A stretch of DNA of 44,398 nucleotides from Vermamoeba vermiformis. Taxonomy: Eukaryota. Made by a program: the position numbers and the translations under genes. The number at the start of each line of letters is the position of its first letter. Within the stretch, counting starts at the first letter, position 1. The DNA lies in assembly GCA_045837725.1 (NCBI GenBank), contig JBEWZL010000146.1, forward strand, positions 62,001 to 106,398, written 5' to 3'. Shown one piece after another: positions 22,922 to 36,570 of the stretch. The notes below the pieces were generated by a model. It was not told where the DNA came from. It made no database searches and saw only the letters and a program-made list of their open reading frames with translations.

Positions 22922-25900
22922 CTACATTTGTTCGAGTTTCTGAACGACTTGATCAATGGTCGGACGCTCCTTAGGTGCCATTCTCCAACATTCTTCCATG
23001 ATTGAGGCGAGTTGTGGCGAGCAATCGTCAGGAATGGTCGGTGTCAGACCATTATCGCGAATAGATCTGCCGACCTCGATTGGATCTACCGATGAATGCG
23101 GCTCGTTTTGGGAGATAATTTCGAACATTAATATACCAAATGACCATACATCTGAACAAAATAACATTACGTTAGTACCGGTGATAGATCTGGATCCGGC
23201 TGTATTCCGCTGACCTGATTTGGCAGAATATTCTTTGCTTTTCAATGCCTCAGGCGCCATCCATCTGATCGGACCGAGCTCCGAAGCAGTTGTTCCACGC
23301 TTCTGTTCATCAACAAATCGCGACATGCCAAAGTCCGTGATCTTGGGCTCGTTGTTTTGAAGCAAAATATTTCTCGCTGCAATATCGCGATGCACAATGT
23401 TGTTCGCATGCAAGTGGCCAAGTCCTTTTGCCACGCCATAGATCCACGCCAACTTTTGATCTTTCGGGAACCGCTCTTGGCTTTCGAATAGCTTGTCATC
23501 AAGTGATCCACCGTTGCAATATTCGATCACTAGTATGATGCTGTCTGTCTCGGGATGCACGCTGAATCCAAACAACTGCACGACATTGGGATGAGGTCGG
23601 AGTTGCATCATTAGTTCGAGTTCTTTGATCACCGTTGAATTGGCTTGAGTTGCGCTCACTTTCAGCGCGACATTCGAGCCCTTCCACGTGCCTTTAAAGA
23701 CTTGGCCGCTGGCTCCCTGTCCTAGCTGCTCCGCCGAATGTGAGGTCCCTGAAGGGAATGAACCACTTGCCGTACTGCGTCTCCAAGCCAACAACGTTGA
23801 GTCCTCGTTTCTTCTTCTTGTTTCGACGGAGCACGAAGAACACAACCAAACCTACTGCCACTGCCACACCCACAACAACGGGTACTACAATAGCCACTGT
23901 CAGATCGCTGCCACTGAGCATGCCTGAATTTGGATTGTCCGAGGTGCCAGGAGAGAGCACGGGAGAGTTTAACGACAAACGAGCTAACATCCAGCCACGT
24001 GACTTCGTTGGAGTAATATCCGAGACTGTAGTGTTGGCCACCAGCTGTCAAGATGAGCCCATTGCTGAGTGTTGTACTGACTGCAGGTAAAATCTCCAAG
24101 CTGTACGGGATAACGTTCCACGTGGCCAGGTCATTAACATCGATATATCGGACAGTGCCATCGTCACCGCAGAACACAAACAAAATGTTGTTCGATACAG
24201 CTATGGAGACTCGTGTTTGAGGTGTTGTTAGCAGTGAGAACTTGTTCCATGTTTGTGTTGTCGTGTTGTACGTATAAATGCTTTCAAATGTGTTCTGGGG
24301 AGTGAGAGCGGTAAAGTAGATGACATTATCATAAACAGCGAATGAATGTGTATAATCAGATGTCTCTCTTCCCGTCGCTGCGGTAATCTGCGAGTCGGTC
24401 AGTCGAAGGATGCTCGTCAAAACTATCGTAGGGAAATACGCCGTGCGTTGTATGACAGGAATGCTTGTGAACGTTGAAGAAAGAACGAACTCCGAAAAAA
24501 TTCCCGGAATCGGGATACTTGACCAGTTCTTCGCTATCGTGTCGAACATAAGCAATGTCCATCTATCGCGCAAAATGAGGGTGTGGTCCAAGACTGCCAC
24601 GGCTCTGTATCTGCTGGAGGTTGACGAAAGATTCGCTGCAATTGAGTCTTCCCACGCGCCAGTCTGATAATTGTAGACATCGATATAAGAGTATTCTTGG
24701 ATCGTCGGTTGTTTCGGCATGACCACTAGACCATCCGCTGATTGAACGAGACCGTCAGCAACGACATCTATCGGCTGAGTGTACGTCAAATTGACCCACA
24801 CATATCCCTGTGCCAGATTGATGATGTTTCTGCCAACCACTGTGAGGTCCGGGCTCGGTGTAGTCGTGAATGAAACCTGGGAGCTGATTGATGAGGATGC
24901 CTCAGGAGGTAAATAGACTATCCAAACAATAGTAGTGTTCCTGACTACCACAAATGTCGCGTCATCAATGGCGAGGACAGCTGTAATTGTAGCACTAGAC
25001 GTTAAAACTGACGTTACAGTTTTAGCTGTAGAGTCATAATAATAAATTGTGTTGCCATTGTAAATGAGCTGTCTGTTGAAATAAGGCGTAGTGCTAGTAA
25101 CTGCGGCGATTTGATTGCTCGTACTTGTCCACGTGCCATCGTAAACAAGGGTTTCTCCTGCCTTCAAAATTACGAACTGGTCGTTGATTCCAAAGGCAGA
25201 AAGTAGTCCATCGACTTGGATCCGTTCTGAAGTGCTATTCTGCCAGTCTATTTGCCAGAAACCACTGTGATCCACCACAAACGTAACATCCGCAAACGAA
25301 ACTGCTTCGAATGGGCTGGTTGTTGGTAGTTCGAGCCAATTTGAGGTGCCTAAGCGATGGACGAAGGCGCGGTCTGAAAGCCAAATGACGACGGTGTTGT
25401 ACGAGACTCGAAAATCACGTGTTTGAACGGATGTGGATGTGTTCCAGGTCGTCACATTTTCGAACAACTGTAGGTCGTATGATGTAGAGTTGAATATCCA
25501 AGCCCCGTGGTATTGCTCCTTTGAGGTAATATTGAAGCCTCCGACACTGATGATGAGATCTTCATGAACGATGGTATTTCCGCCGGCGAGTTGTTGCATA
25601 TGATCCGTTAATTTCGTAGAATTTGACCACGTAGAAGTACCGATATCGTAGAAATCGGCGGAAAAAGATCCAAGTACGGTTAATTTCGAGTTGTGAATCG
25701 AAAGTTGAACCGGAGTACGAACCGTACTGCCGCAAGTAGGTGTTGTTGCATAATTAAGCGTCGTTGGGTTCCAAAAGCTTGGGCAATTTTTTGAAGTGCG
25801 GCCTGCGATAAAATACAGTCGTGGATAGATGTGCGCAGGGGACACAAATCCACGAGCTTCAGGAAGTTGTAGCGTCTGAACAAGACTTTTGCTGCTAGTG

Positions 25901-26082
25901 TCGAATACATCGATTTGCTTTGACGGAATCAGGTCGTGCATCTCGTATCCGCCAACGAAATAGATTTTATCGTCCACTTGCAACGATGACATTGCACTAC
26001 GATGAGTGGATATGTACGTAGTAGCTGTAATTAAATCGCCACAAGCAACACTGATAACAGTGCCGAGGATGAAGAGAAACAT
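22922..26082 (-). CDS. Single-pass receptor kinase: kelch-like beta-propeller ectodomain, transmembrane helix and tyrosine kinase(-like) domain (two apparent +1 frameshifts near 23969 and 23731; one intron near 23152-23214)
   Basis: Signal peptide; kelch GG motifs (KIYFVGGY, IISVGGF, ILTAGG); TM VAIVVPVVVGVAVAVGLVVFFVL followed by RRNKKKKR; GQGASG, VALK, HRDIAARN, DFG and PIRWMAPE. Confidence 0.88.
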
Positions 26083-26551
26083 CCATTTATGGAATAACAC
26101 GGTGCATCTGAAATGAGTGGTCAGTTAAATGTGTTCAAACAATGGTCATATTTTATAAAAAACCAATTTGAACTGATTTTTTTGGTATTTGATATCGGAT
26201 TAATACCGCAAAATGTAAAATAACGAACCACCGTGATTCGATCTACGTACCTAGGTTTTGGCATTGGGTTTTCAAATATCGCAACGACCGTGTCGTGGTC
26301 GTGGTGTCCTACTATAAAATTGTTGACAAAAATTCGCTAAATTTGCAATTTTATCGCGTGCCGTGTCAATCAACTTACCCATTGAGACCAAAGTCTCATC
26401 TGCTTTTTTTCACCACCTGTCTAGTATTTTTGCACGTGATTCATTCCTCGATTGTCTTCTAATATTAATAGGTGAACGGTGACAAAGCTGTTGTTATCTG
26501 CGCCAGAGACGAGGGGCGCAGATGTGGATGGAAAATTGATTTTATTGTCTT

Positions 26552-28059
26552 TCAGCTGCACAAAATCGTTACGCGAGATTTTTGCAATATCTCCAATAGT
26601 ATTTCATTTTGCAACGGCGTTAATAACTTTTCTAGTTCTGTATGAATGCTCATCACTTCTGCTTCCTCGCGATTTTCAACGGATTCGACCAAAGCATGCA
26701 ACACCGAAAATACCCAAGTGTTATCAAAATATACATTAGCACTCTCCCTAGTGTCTTCAAATATGTTCACTTCTTCACCGCCATTCGCTGTAGCCTCGTT
26801 CGCGTACTCTCGTTGCACGTGTTTGATCATCAAATTCGCTTGAGAAAAGTCGTCCTGTAGTAACATAATTAGCATGACATATTAATATAATTATAGTAGC
26901 ACGCACCAGTAGTATTAATATAAATATTAGAGTTATATAAGCTTCGATGAGTTGGTCAATATAAAACGGATCTTTGTTGTTCAACGTCGATTGTTCCGTC
27001 GCTAACTTGACAATCCATTGCACGAGTTCAAATGATTGCTTATAATTTTCTAATATAGTGTTAGTGATTTGCTTACTAATAGCCTTTAAATAACCACGTG
27101 CTACGTACTGTGTCTGAAGTGGCACTCAAAACCCTTTTTCAGGGAGTCAATCGCCATCATAGCATTTTCACCTTGTTGAATCTCTGCTGCTCGCTCAAAA
27201 CAATACGCTGCTTCTTTTGTTCGCCTTAACATCTGCAACAAAAAACAAATGTGTTCGTTAACAATGGACACGGGTTCACTATAAGGGAATGCCGTTACAC
27301 ACCATCAATCCGCTGCCCATTTCAAAATATAGTGATGCGGCCATTGCAAATTTCTTCTGCTCCATATATAGCTAATAATTATTGTTAAAAATTGATTACT
27401 GATGGATCAAAGATCTGGCCACGTACTTTAATAGCCATTAAATAACAGTGCTGCGCTTGTTCTGCATTTTCATGAAAACTGAAATATTGCATTGAATCGA
27501 GGTCCTTTTCACTCTCCCAAAATATGTGACCTAAAAAATGTATTATAGCTTGATCCTCGTGTCAACTTTCGCCGCAGATCTGATATTTACGCACCTGCGT
27601 TTGTTAAATATAGTGCCTCTAGTGCTGTATTTTTCATAGCTTGGTGACATCTTGCTACTGCTAGACAAACAAATGCTGTGTATTGGTGTTCACCATCTCG
27701 TGTTAGTGCCTTCGATAAATTAATAAAATATTAATATTATTGGTACAGAATATTATATGTTGTTATGCGGATAAGAATTGTTATCAAATAATTAAATTAT
27801 TTTTTATAATTACCTTTATTAATTGGTCATATTTTTCTAAAGCTTCTCCAATATTCGGCTTCCTTAAAAATCGCCTAAAAAATGTATTAGCATTTAAAGA
27901 TTAATTTTAGAGTCAAAGACAAGCCGATCTTGCTTCAGATGGAAAATTCAATTTTGATAACGGAATGATTTACCTTTTTGTCAGTTTCTTTGTTATTAAC
28001 TGATACGATTCTAAATAATTAGCGCCTACTGCATCGTTAGGACCTTCAAACCCAGACAT
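26552..28059 (-). CDS. F8A1: HAP40 (40-kDa huntingtin-associated protein) orthologue, multi-exon
   Basis: YLESYQLITKKLTK|RFLRKPNIGEA and AFVCLAVARCHQAM match the HAP40 hallmarks KLKKRFLRKPN and CQLAVARCQQAL. Confidence 0.88.
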
Positions 28060-28170
28060 TGCGTCTTGTTCTTCCGATCCAAAAAAATCTTAAAACTGAC
28101 AGAAAGCGTTTATGATTAATATCGATTCTTTATTACATATTTCTAAATAGTATTTACAAAATTATTATTT

Positions 28171-30143
28171 TTAGGATTGAACGGTCTTTATCTTAGTTAA
28201 GCGGCAGCGGATGGAGCCAGTGCAGAATGGAACACCAATAGCTCTGAGAGAAACAAGAGTTAGATAATAAGATCCAACTAACATGATATTAATACCTTGA
28301 GAAGTCAGGGGGAGTCATAGGAGTTAACAACTCGACCTTGTATTTAGTCAAAAGTTCCATCCACGCGACTTTCATGACAATGTTCGCGAATCTCTCGCCC
28401 ATGCAGCGATGAGTGCCATAACCAAACTGAGTGTAGGTCTTGTTCTCGATATGCTTAGCAATCGCATTACCAGCAAATCGTTCGGGCTTGAAAGTGTCGG
28501 GTTCTTCGTACACATCCGGATCGTGGTGAGTCAAGTAAGGGCTGACAGCAATAATCTCGCCTGACGGGACTGTAGTGCCACCAAACTCAATAGGGGTGAT
28601 GACTCCTCGAGTAATGAACAATACTCCGTAGTTACGAACGACTTCTTTCATGATGCAATCAGAGAACGATAATTTCTGAAGAGATCCGAGGTTGAAGTCG
28701 TGGTTGCCTATTATAGTCAGAATTAATTACCATGTTCTTCCACAGGGTCTGTATTCCGATACTTACTGTCCAAAGCAGCTTCGACTTCGTTACGCGCTTG
28801 ATCTTGGTACTTGGCATTGTCAGCAATATGAGCCAATGACCAAGCCAAAGTGCCAGCGAGGTTAGTATGAGCAGCGAACATTACGGCAACAAAAGCAGAC
28901 GAAAAGAACTCGGGGTACTTCTCAGTCGGGAAACCTTCTTGTTGCGCCATATTAATGGTTAACTGGAAGAAGTCCATATTGTGCTTGTGATCCTCGGGAT
29001 TGGCTAATCGTTTTGAAGCCTAATAGGTAGACTTGGAGTCAATACCATGAGTTTGAAAATAGCGGCGAAACTTACTTCCGCTGCGATGATGTTGCGCATC
29101 TTCTGACGCGAGGTTTTGACGAGTTTGTTGGTGGGAGTAGGGAGCCATGGTGCAATGAGTGACAGGGGCTTGAAGGCATTAGTTTCAATGTCGTAGTATG
29201 AACGGGCAAATTCTTCTCCGTATTGTTTGTAAGTTCGCTCGCCCAAGAAGCACAACGTATTAATCAATACGATAACACGAGAGATCTATATTTAATATAA
29301 CCGCAGTTAGATTCCGTCCGCTTTAATTAACTTTAATAACGTTCTCGACTCGATTGTAATCGTTCACTGAACCGAAAAAAAAGTCACGTGGTAGTAATCG
29401 GCACACAATAAACAGGGATTTGTACAAGAATGGAAATAAACCGATTCAGTGGTTCGGCGATAATATTAAACAAACTCCGTTCAGAATCTTTTGAGCGGAT
29501 CAACAAAATTACGTACTTCTGGAAACAAGTCAAAAGAGTCCTTTGCTGCCAAGTTCTCCCATTGCTTAGTGACTTCACTGCGGACAGTATCGAAGTAGTA
29601 TTGTAGACGATCGTGCTTCAAAAATCCTTCAGCGACGTATTTATGGGCTTGAGGTCCGTCGTCTCCGAAAGGTTCGGATCCGATCACCGCTTCAACGAAT
29701 CTCTTTGTAGCTAAAATAATATAATATGAGCCCCTCGTATTTATCCATAATAATCCTTTCATTTTTTGACGCTACTTACATTTGATCGTCAGATCGGATT
29801 CAGTCGCTCGATAAAACCTCGTGACGTCTTCGGGATCCATTGAGATGGTCATACGTAACAGATACATATCGACGGTGAATACTTTGCCGAACTTTTTGTG
29901 GGCTTCTCGAAGCAATGCCGCCGGATTTTCTGCGGTCAAAATGTTAGTATGAAAATTTTCGGAGACGGAGTTTGAGAATAATAGAGATTATCTATATATT
30001 CATTAGTCATACTTACTTCCAAAGGCAATAGCAGTCGATGGACCGCCCATGATAGGTATGCCGGGAATCGGCTGCGGAATTAGAAGTTTGGCCAGTACAA
30101 GACAAAACGCAAAGGCCACGATGATAGCTAATATGAAGTACAT
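28171..30143 (-). CDS. Cytochrome P450, CYP51-like, multi-exon
   Basis: N-terminal TM plus Pro-rich hinge; ExxR (EVVR); PERF; haem motif FGYGTHRCMG; I-helix MFAAHTN. Confidence 0.9.
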
Positions 30144-30229
30144 GATCTTGTGTGGTTCTCAATGTAAATTAATAATTGCAAATGACCAAATTTGAGGTTA
30201 GACCAATGTTGTTGCCTAGACAAAAAAAG

Positions 30230-30375
30230 CGGAAGGAAACTTGTTCTTACGCGGGCAGAATAAAGCGGGGTTTTGGGGTTTTTAATTTTTTACCCAAAAG
30301 GGGGGGGGGGTTAAAAGGGGGGGGGGGGGGGGAAAAAGGGTTTTTTTTAATAAAAAAAAATTTTAATAAAAAATT
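30230..30375. other. Homopolymer-rich tract (long G, T and A runs), likely low-quality sequence
   Basis: G runs of more than 10 nt and alternating A/T runs in an otherwise AT-rich intergenic spacer. Confidence 0.55.
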
Positions 30376-30432
30376 TGTGCATCTCCATTATTGAATTATA
30401 AATATTTATTCACTTGTTTTATCTGATATCTA

Positions 30433-31251
30433 TTATTTCGTCTTTAATTTCTTATTTGATGTACGCGCACTATTTGGTTTGGATGCGAAGAACTGCTTTG
30501 TAGCAACAATGAACAATAAAATATTAACAACGTACGTGGCAAGGCACACTGGGCACATGTCTCGTAGTACAAAGAACAAATAGTAGCCGAAGAACAAGGC
30601 GGCCCCCTAAAAAGGACGGATCAGGATCCGCTCTTCGAAATTTCAAAACTTGAAGTCGCCTTATTAATTTGAAGGATTGTAGATGGTACTATCTTCAATA
30701 CTTACCAAAGATAATATTCCGCTGATAAAGATTGCGAATGAGTGCAATGGCAAGCGATTAAAAGGTGGCAGTGTGATCAGAAAGACCGCCAAAAAGAAAG
30801 CCAAGCCTAAATACATAATTTAATATTGACCATAATAGTACAGTATGTTAAACATACCTAAGTTGGCATTTGATTGGTACAGAGGTCCGTGTTGTTGGGT
30901 GATTCCGAAAGTTTCGACGAGAATGTGAGTGTGGTCTCCTGCTAATGCCTAATAATTATTTAAAATATTTTTTTATGTTCATTATTAAAATAGGCAAAAA
31001 TCGAGCAAATGGTCGAAATTAAGCGTAATATCAAAATTTAATTACCATTAATTACTCTCTGTATTGGTTTAAAATTGCGCAAATTTTACTAAAATAGAAG
31101 TCAAATAAGTATTTACCTTGGAACATTTAATTTCTTCGGTTAGATCGCAAGCAGGTGTGTAAGCGTCACCTAATCTAGCTTTCTCGATTTCGACATGAAT
31201 CGAGTATATGGACAACGCCATGCCCATAAGAGTTAATATGCGCACCCACAT
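30433..31251 (-). CDS. VKORC1: Vitamin K epoxide reductase family protein (4 exons)
   Basis: SIYSIHVE..YTPACDLTEEIKCSK loop cysteines, QSN motif and active-site CxxC (DMCPVCLATYVVN). Confidence 0.9.
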
Positions 31252-31379
31252 GATTAAATTCCGTTGAGGTGTTTTGGTGCGATCAAAAGCGTAAAATCAG
31301 TCACTTTAATTTTTAACGATAGAGCACAATGCAATATTTAAATTTATAATGTAAATAGCGTATTATATTTATATGATTA

Positions 31380-33557
31380 ATGGCTGAGCAATTATTGGAC
31401 ACTTTACAGCAAGATACAGCGAGTTTGCTGGATCAAGCAAGAAAAGCGGGCAACAATGTTTTATTAGAAGACACTAAGGAGTCTATTAAGGTCCTATTTG
31501 ATATAGAAAATATTTACAAGCATTCGTTAAGCTCTGGAAGTAAGTTAGTTCTGCATATAACTAAATTTAATCATAAACAGATCTACCTTGTAAAATTTAA
31601 TGCAGTTAATTATAAAATTAGTTTGCGCCATAATTACGATAAACCGACATTAGCAATATGTTCCTCGAATTTAATCGCGATCTCGATCTGAAATTTTTCT
31701 GTTCAGTGTTTGGCCAATCTCACCCATGGAACTACCTCAAAAGCTTCACCAGTATAGTCCCTAATTCATCTGATTTATTGTCCGAGATAAAGTAAGTAAT
31801 CGAAATTTGCTTTGGAAACTTCGATCTTCGGTTGTAACAAAGATTTTCTTAGGGCTTCCGCGAAGACAAATGACGGCCGATTGCGATTATTCATTAGGCT
31901 TAGTCTCAATGAAGGAAATTTAACTTCTTACACGCGAACGCTTGTCTCGGTAAAGCCTTCCATCAGGTACGATCGAATCCACTAAACAGTCACGTGACAA
32001 GTTACCCTAATATTATTCTTCATTTAGAAAACACTACACGGAGGAGTCTATTATGCTTCGAGATGAGTTCAGCGCTCGATTCGTCGAACAATTATCAGCA
32101 CTCGAACATGACATCCAATTCCGTCTGTTCGTCAAAGACGGCACAGAATTTGATCGAGCTGAATATTGGGCCCAACAATTCAAAACCGTTCAAAACTCAA
32201 TCGCACCAACTTCCTCGAATCATGTGGACGAAGATATATTGAAAATTGGTCAACGCAGATCCGTCAGAAGTATTGCGCCTGTTGAACCCGAACAAATTCT
32301 AGAAGATAAGGAAAATAATGCAGATGAAACAGACCCCGAAGACAACAAGATTACGTTGAGTGATGAAAATATAAGCAAAGCTAGTACTAGCAACGAAAAC
32401 TCGCCACCAACAGACGAGCCTCAACAACCACTGCCATTGAACGAAGCCACGAGCGATATTGGGTCATTAAACGCGTCAGTAACATTGCCCGAAGAATCAC
32501 CGCCGAGTGTGGTGGACATGAGTGACCTTGAAGACACGATGAAAATGCTCGATGAGATTGAAAAAACAGTGCCCGACACCATCAGTCAGTTAGGCTCGGC
32601 GCTTTTAAAAGCAGCTATTGAAGACGATGAAGACCGATTGAGACGCGATGAAGAGCGGTTGAACATTCTAGACGAGGTGTTTGAACAGCAAAAAAAGGAG
32701 AAGGAAGACAAGCAAAAGAAATTCACCGAGGTAAGTTAAAGTGATGCCCGTGGTCTTACAAGTCGTATGTATCTAACTTTGTGACAGATGAACAACTCAC
32801 GGCGCAGTAGCATGAAGTTGAGGCGGTCACAAGTCAATTTGTCGCAACCATCAAGCACGAAGACCTCAGTCGAAATCACAACAACGACGGTCACTACAGC
32901 ATCAACAACGAGTCCGAGAGACCGTGGCTCAATGGACGTTGACTACTCGAAGTCACTTAAAGATCTGCACGCGCACAGAGATCGCAGTCAGAGTCAGCCC
33001 AATGCCTCCAACTCGCCATACAACTCAGTGCGACGCTTGTCCGCTTCACCTTCACTTAGCGCGAGCACAGGCGACTTAAGTATGTATTGCAAGGGCTTGT
33101 TACTTCAATTGATAGTTGACACGAGTCACTGTAGGTGTCGAGGATGGAAGGCTTGTTGATAACGCGAATCCCAAGAGTGGTTCATCGAGCACAACGACCA
33201 GTCCTCGCGTGACGGGTGATAACACACCCTGAAGAGAAAGAACTCATTGAACGACGTCCTGTGTGGATAGAGGATAAAGACGCGATCAAGTAAGCTACTG
33301 ATAACCTTATAATGTGTAACTAATGCTTTGTTTCAGTTGTGCCAAGTGCGACGCAAAATTTTCATTGGTCACTCGTCGACACCACTGCAGAAATTGTGGT
33401 CGTGTATTTTGCTCAAAAGTAAGTGTGCTTCATTGTAGTCGACAATATCAATACTAAACTGGTCTTATAGTGTTGTAAAGACAAATTACCACTGCCACAC
33501 TTAGCCTACAACAAGCCCGTGCTAGTGTGCGTTGAATGCGCGTCGAAACTGCAATAG
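31380..33557 (+). CDS. RUN and FYVE domain protein (one apparent +1 frameshift near 33215-33229)
   Basis: RUN motifs [13 protein letters not shown] and [48 protein letters not shown]. Confidence 0.9.
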
Positions 33558-33739
33558 TTTTCTCAATTTTGATATTTAATGAGAATAACTATTAAAGGCA
33601 CGAAGGAAATATGATCGATAGTGTAATACTCAATGTACATTAATGTAAATACTCGTTACCGACGAAACAAAAAAGTGCTATCATTGTTCTAATGCAAAAT
33701 TTACAATTTAATCGTACAATAGAGTTCCTATTAATATGA

Positions 33740-34402
33740 TTAACGTTGCTTAGGGTGATACAAGAAGCCAAAGATGGCACCTAAGATGGCGAGGAAGGCT
33801 TCAGTGCCGAACAAAATTTTCAGCTTGCTGTCGTCCCAGTTACCAAAGAATTTGTTGCCAATCATGTGCCAGGTGCCTATTAGTCATATATTAATTAATG
33901 GAATCCGAAGATCACGTAGAAGAATTGAAATGGAACTGAGATCGAGGTTGCAACGAAAAAAGTTTTTGGGTTTTGTATTCTTACCGTTAGTAATAGCAAT
34001 CCAGCCGATGCACAATGATCGTGCAACGTATTTCTTGGCATTAATTGAAGCCTCAGACAAAAAGGTCATTTGAATAGCCACCGTTGACAAGGCAATCAAA
34101 GCAGCACTATGTAAAAATAATATTAGATTAATATAATCACTATATTATAATTTTTATGCAATTAGAATAATTTTTATAGTCAATTAAAAATTCAAACACG
34201 TCATCTGAAAATCTTAGCAAATTACCAAAGGCTCCAAATTAGATAGTACTTACCCCCAGCCACTCATAACAGATAATGTGTCTCTAGACAACGAATCATG
34301 ATGCACACTGCCCAAAATCATCGACGGCTTCATGTACATGGTAAATCCGACGAGGAAAATAACGATGCCGTTCACCAGCAAGTACTTATCGATAGCTGAC
34401 AT
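33740..34402 (-). CDS. Small multi-pass membrane protein of unknown function (3 exons)
   Basis: Spliced reading MSAIDKYLLVNGIVIFLVGF...ILFGTEAFLAILGAIFGFLYHPKQR* with about four hydrophobic segments; canonical splice sites. Confidence 0.65.
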
Positions 34403-34508
34403 GTTAATATTGAATATTATGATGTGTTCACGTGTTCAGTGCGTAACAGAAAACTATTTCAGCCGTTTTTTTTTGTTTCGTCCGATCTGTTGACCCAAAA
34501 GAACACGA

Positions 34509-36552
34509 ATGAGCACGAGAAGCTTATTATTTATAGCTCTCATAGCTTATCTAGCTTGTGTAAATATAGTATTAGCAGCGCAAACGCGAGATGTTGACGA
34601 GTTGCTCGTTATTGGAGTAGATTTGGATCAGAACGCACCGACTTGCTATCCAATTGAAATTTTAAACTATCACGAGATTGTAAATAATGTAGATATTCTC
34701 GGACATAGCTATTCAGTCACCTATTCACCTCTGACTGGTTCAAATATCGTTTTAAACACATCAACGCTTCTGGGGTAAGATGCAACCGAAAGAAAAATAT
34801 TAGCGAGCCATTTATTCGCAATTATTTTATTTTAATTATTTTCCAATGGCTTGGTAACTACGCAAATGCCGGTAATTTTAATTTCAATTTTCCGATCTGG
34901 CGCGAAGAAGTTCAGTTAGTACCAATCCAATTCTAATATTAATGCTATTTTATTTAGTACAAAATCACTTGGTCACTCAGGCCGCGTTTATCAAAATAAT
35001 TTGGTCATGTATGACGGCGGTACCAAATCCTGGTGGTCGCAAATGCTACGCGAGTCTGTAAAGGGAACTTTAATTAAGAGTACTTTGCCTGCCGTACCCT
35101 CTGTATTAACCAAGTGAGTATACTAAAATAATCGTACAATTTATTTTAATTTTTTGTGCATCCACATTCCCGCGCAATATTAAAGCTTTCCTTTTGCCTT
35201 GGAAGTACCTCCATTAATATAATATATTTAGGTGGTCGACTTGGAAGTCCTTATATAACAACACTAAGGTTCTGAACCGTGACACTGGCTACAAGTACAA
35301 TTACAACAATAATCCTTATCCGGGCTATTCAGACGAAGACAGGTACGTTAATAGTCATTATTTCCTAATATAGAAATGTGTTGAGGACATCTTTTGACAC
35401 TTTTGACACGCAGCTCTCGTGTCATGTTCCCGTCTTGTTACTCCACGTACAAGGATGTTGATCCATACAAGGCACACAACTCCAAACCCAAAGAATGGAC
35501 TTTTGTCGTGCAAACTGACAGCGAGGGCGGCTATGCTTTGTTCCCTTATTCTGAGCTAGTAAGTGTCATTTAGACGTGAGATCCAGCACGTGCACTTGCC
35601 ACCCTGTCCACAAGTTTACTAACCCCGTGCAGAGACGTTATACTTTGATCAATTTTGGCACGAGCAGCGGCAGTGAGAAGAACCCGTTCTTTGTCTTTTA
35701 CGACGAAGAGAAGCAGTTCACGCGTGCGTGGAGTTCAATTGTCAACGGTGAAGCACGATCGTTTTACACGAACAATGAAATTGCTGTTCCTGAAAGCTAC
35801 GCGACCTATGGTCTAATGACACTGCGTGACGATAGAAATAACGTGTGGAACATGCGTGGCATTGCTATTATGGGCCCGAACAAAGGTACGTGTCACTTTG
35901 ACCAGCACACGTGTCATCGTCTGACCCGAACTTAGGCACCAAGTTGAAGCAATTGTACTCCTTCACTGCATACTGGTTCGCAGCCTCGTCATTCTTCCCG
36001 ACAGCTAAGATCTTAAAATCCGGTCTGTTGGTCGAATCTAAGCCCTCAGTCACCTGCGTGCCCGCTGTGAATCACACCATTGGAAGTCCTTTCTACGATG
36101 ATGAACGTAAGTCCTACTTGCACGCTGTACAGTACAATGTCTAACTTGCCCTTTAGATCAATTCTGTGAAGTGCCGTGCAATATGCTCGTTGTGGCTGGT
36201 GCTCAGGATGAAGTGCCGCCAGTCAACAGCCCAAGGTAAGCCATTCACTTAGTAATAATCTACCTCGTACTAATCGCTCTCAAGATGGACCGACGCCGCT
36301 GGCTTTGAAGCCTATTCGAGACTGCCACCCAATGTGACGCAGTTCTTCGTGACTTGGGCTGTCGTCATCAGCGTGTTCTTGGCCGTGTTGACGTACTACC
36401 TCGTGAACAAATATAGAAAGAACCCTCAACATCCAGGCATGAACAAGACTGGCAGTTTAGTGACTATTGACGAAGGCGAAGAAATGATGAATGAAATTGA
36501 ATTGACTGGGTTCAATGACGACGACAACAAGGTTAACGGCAAGCGAGAGTAA
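34509..36552 (+). CDS. DUF3179-domain type I membrane protein, multi-exon
   Basis: Signal peptide; CYPIEILNYHEIVN, SVTYSPLTGS, GHSGRVYQNNLVMYD..TKSWWSQM and AYWFA..SFFP are DUF3179 motifs; C-terminal TM plus acidic tail. Confidence 0.8.
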
Positions 36553-36570
36553 TTCACTGAACATGAAGGT

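Noticed and set aside
30176-30394. ORF and potential G-quadruplex in the poly-G tract
   Set aside because: The homopolymer pattern suggests a sequence artefact; cannot be supported without reads.
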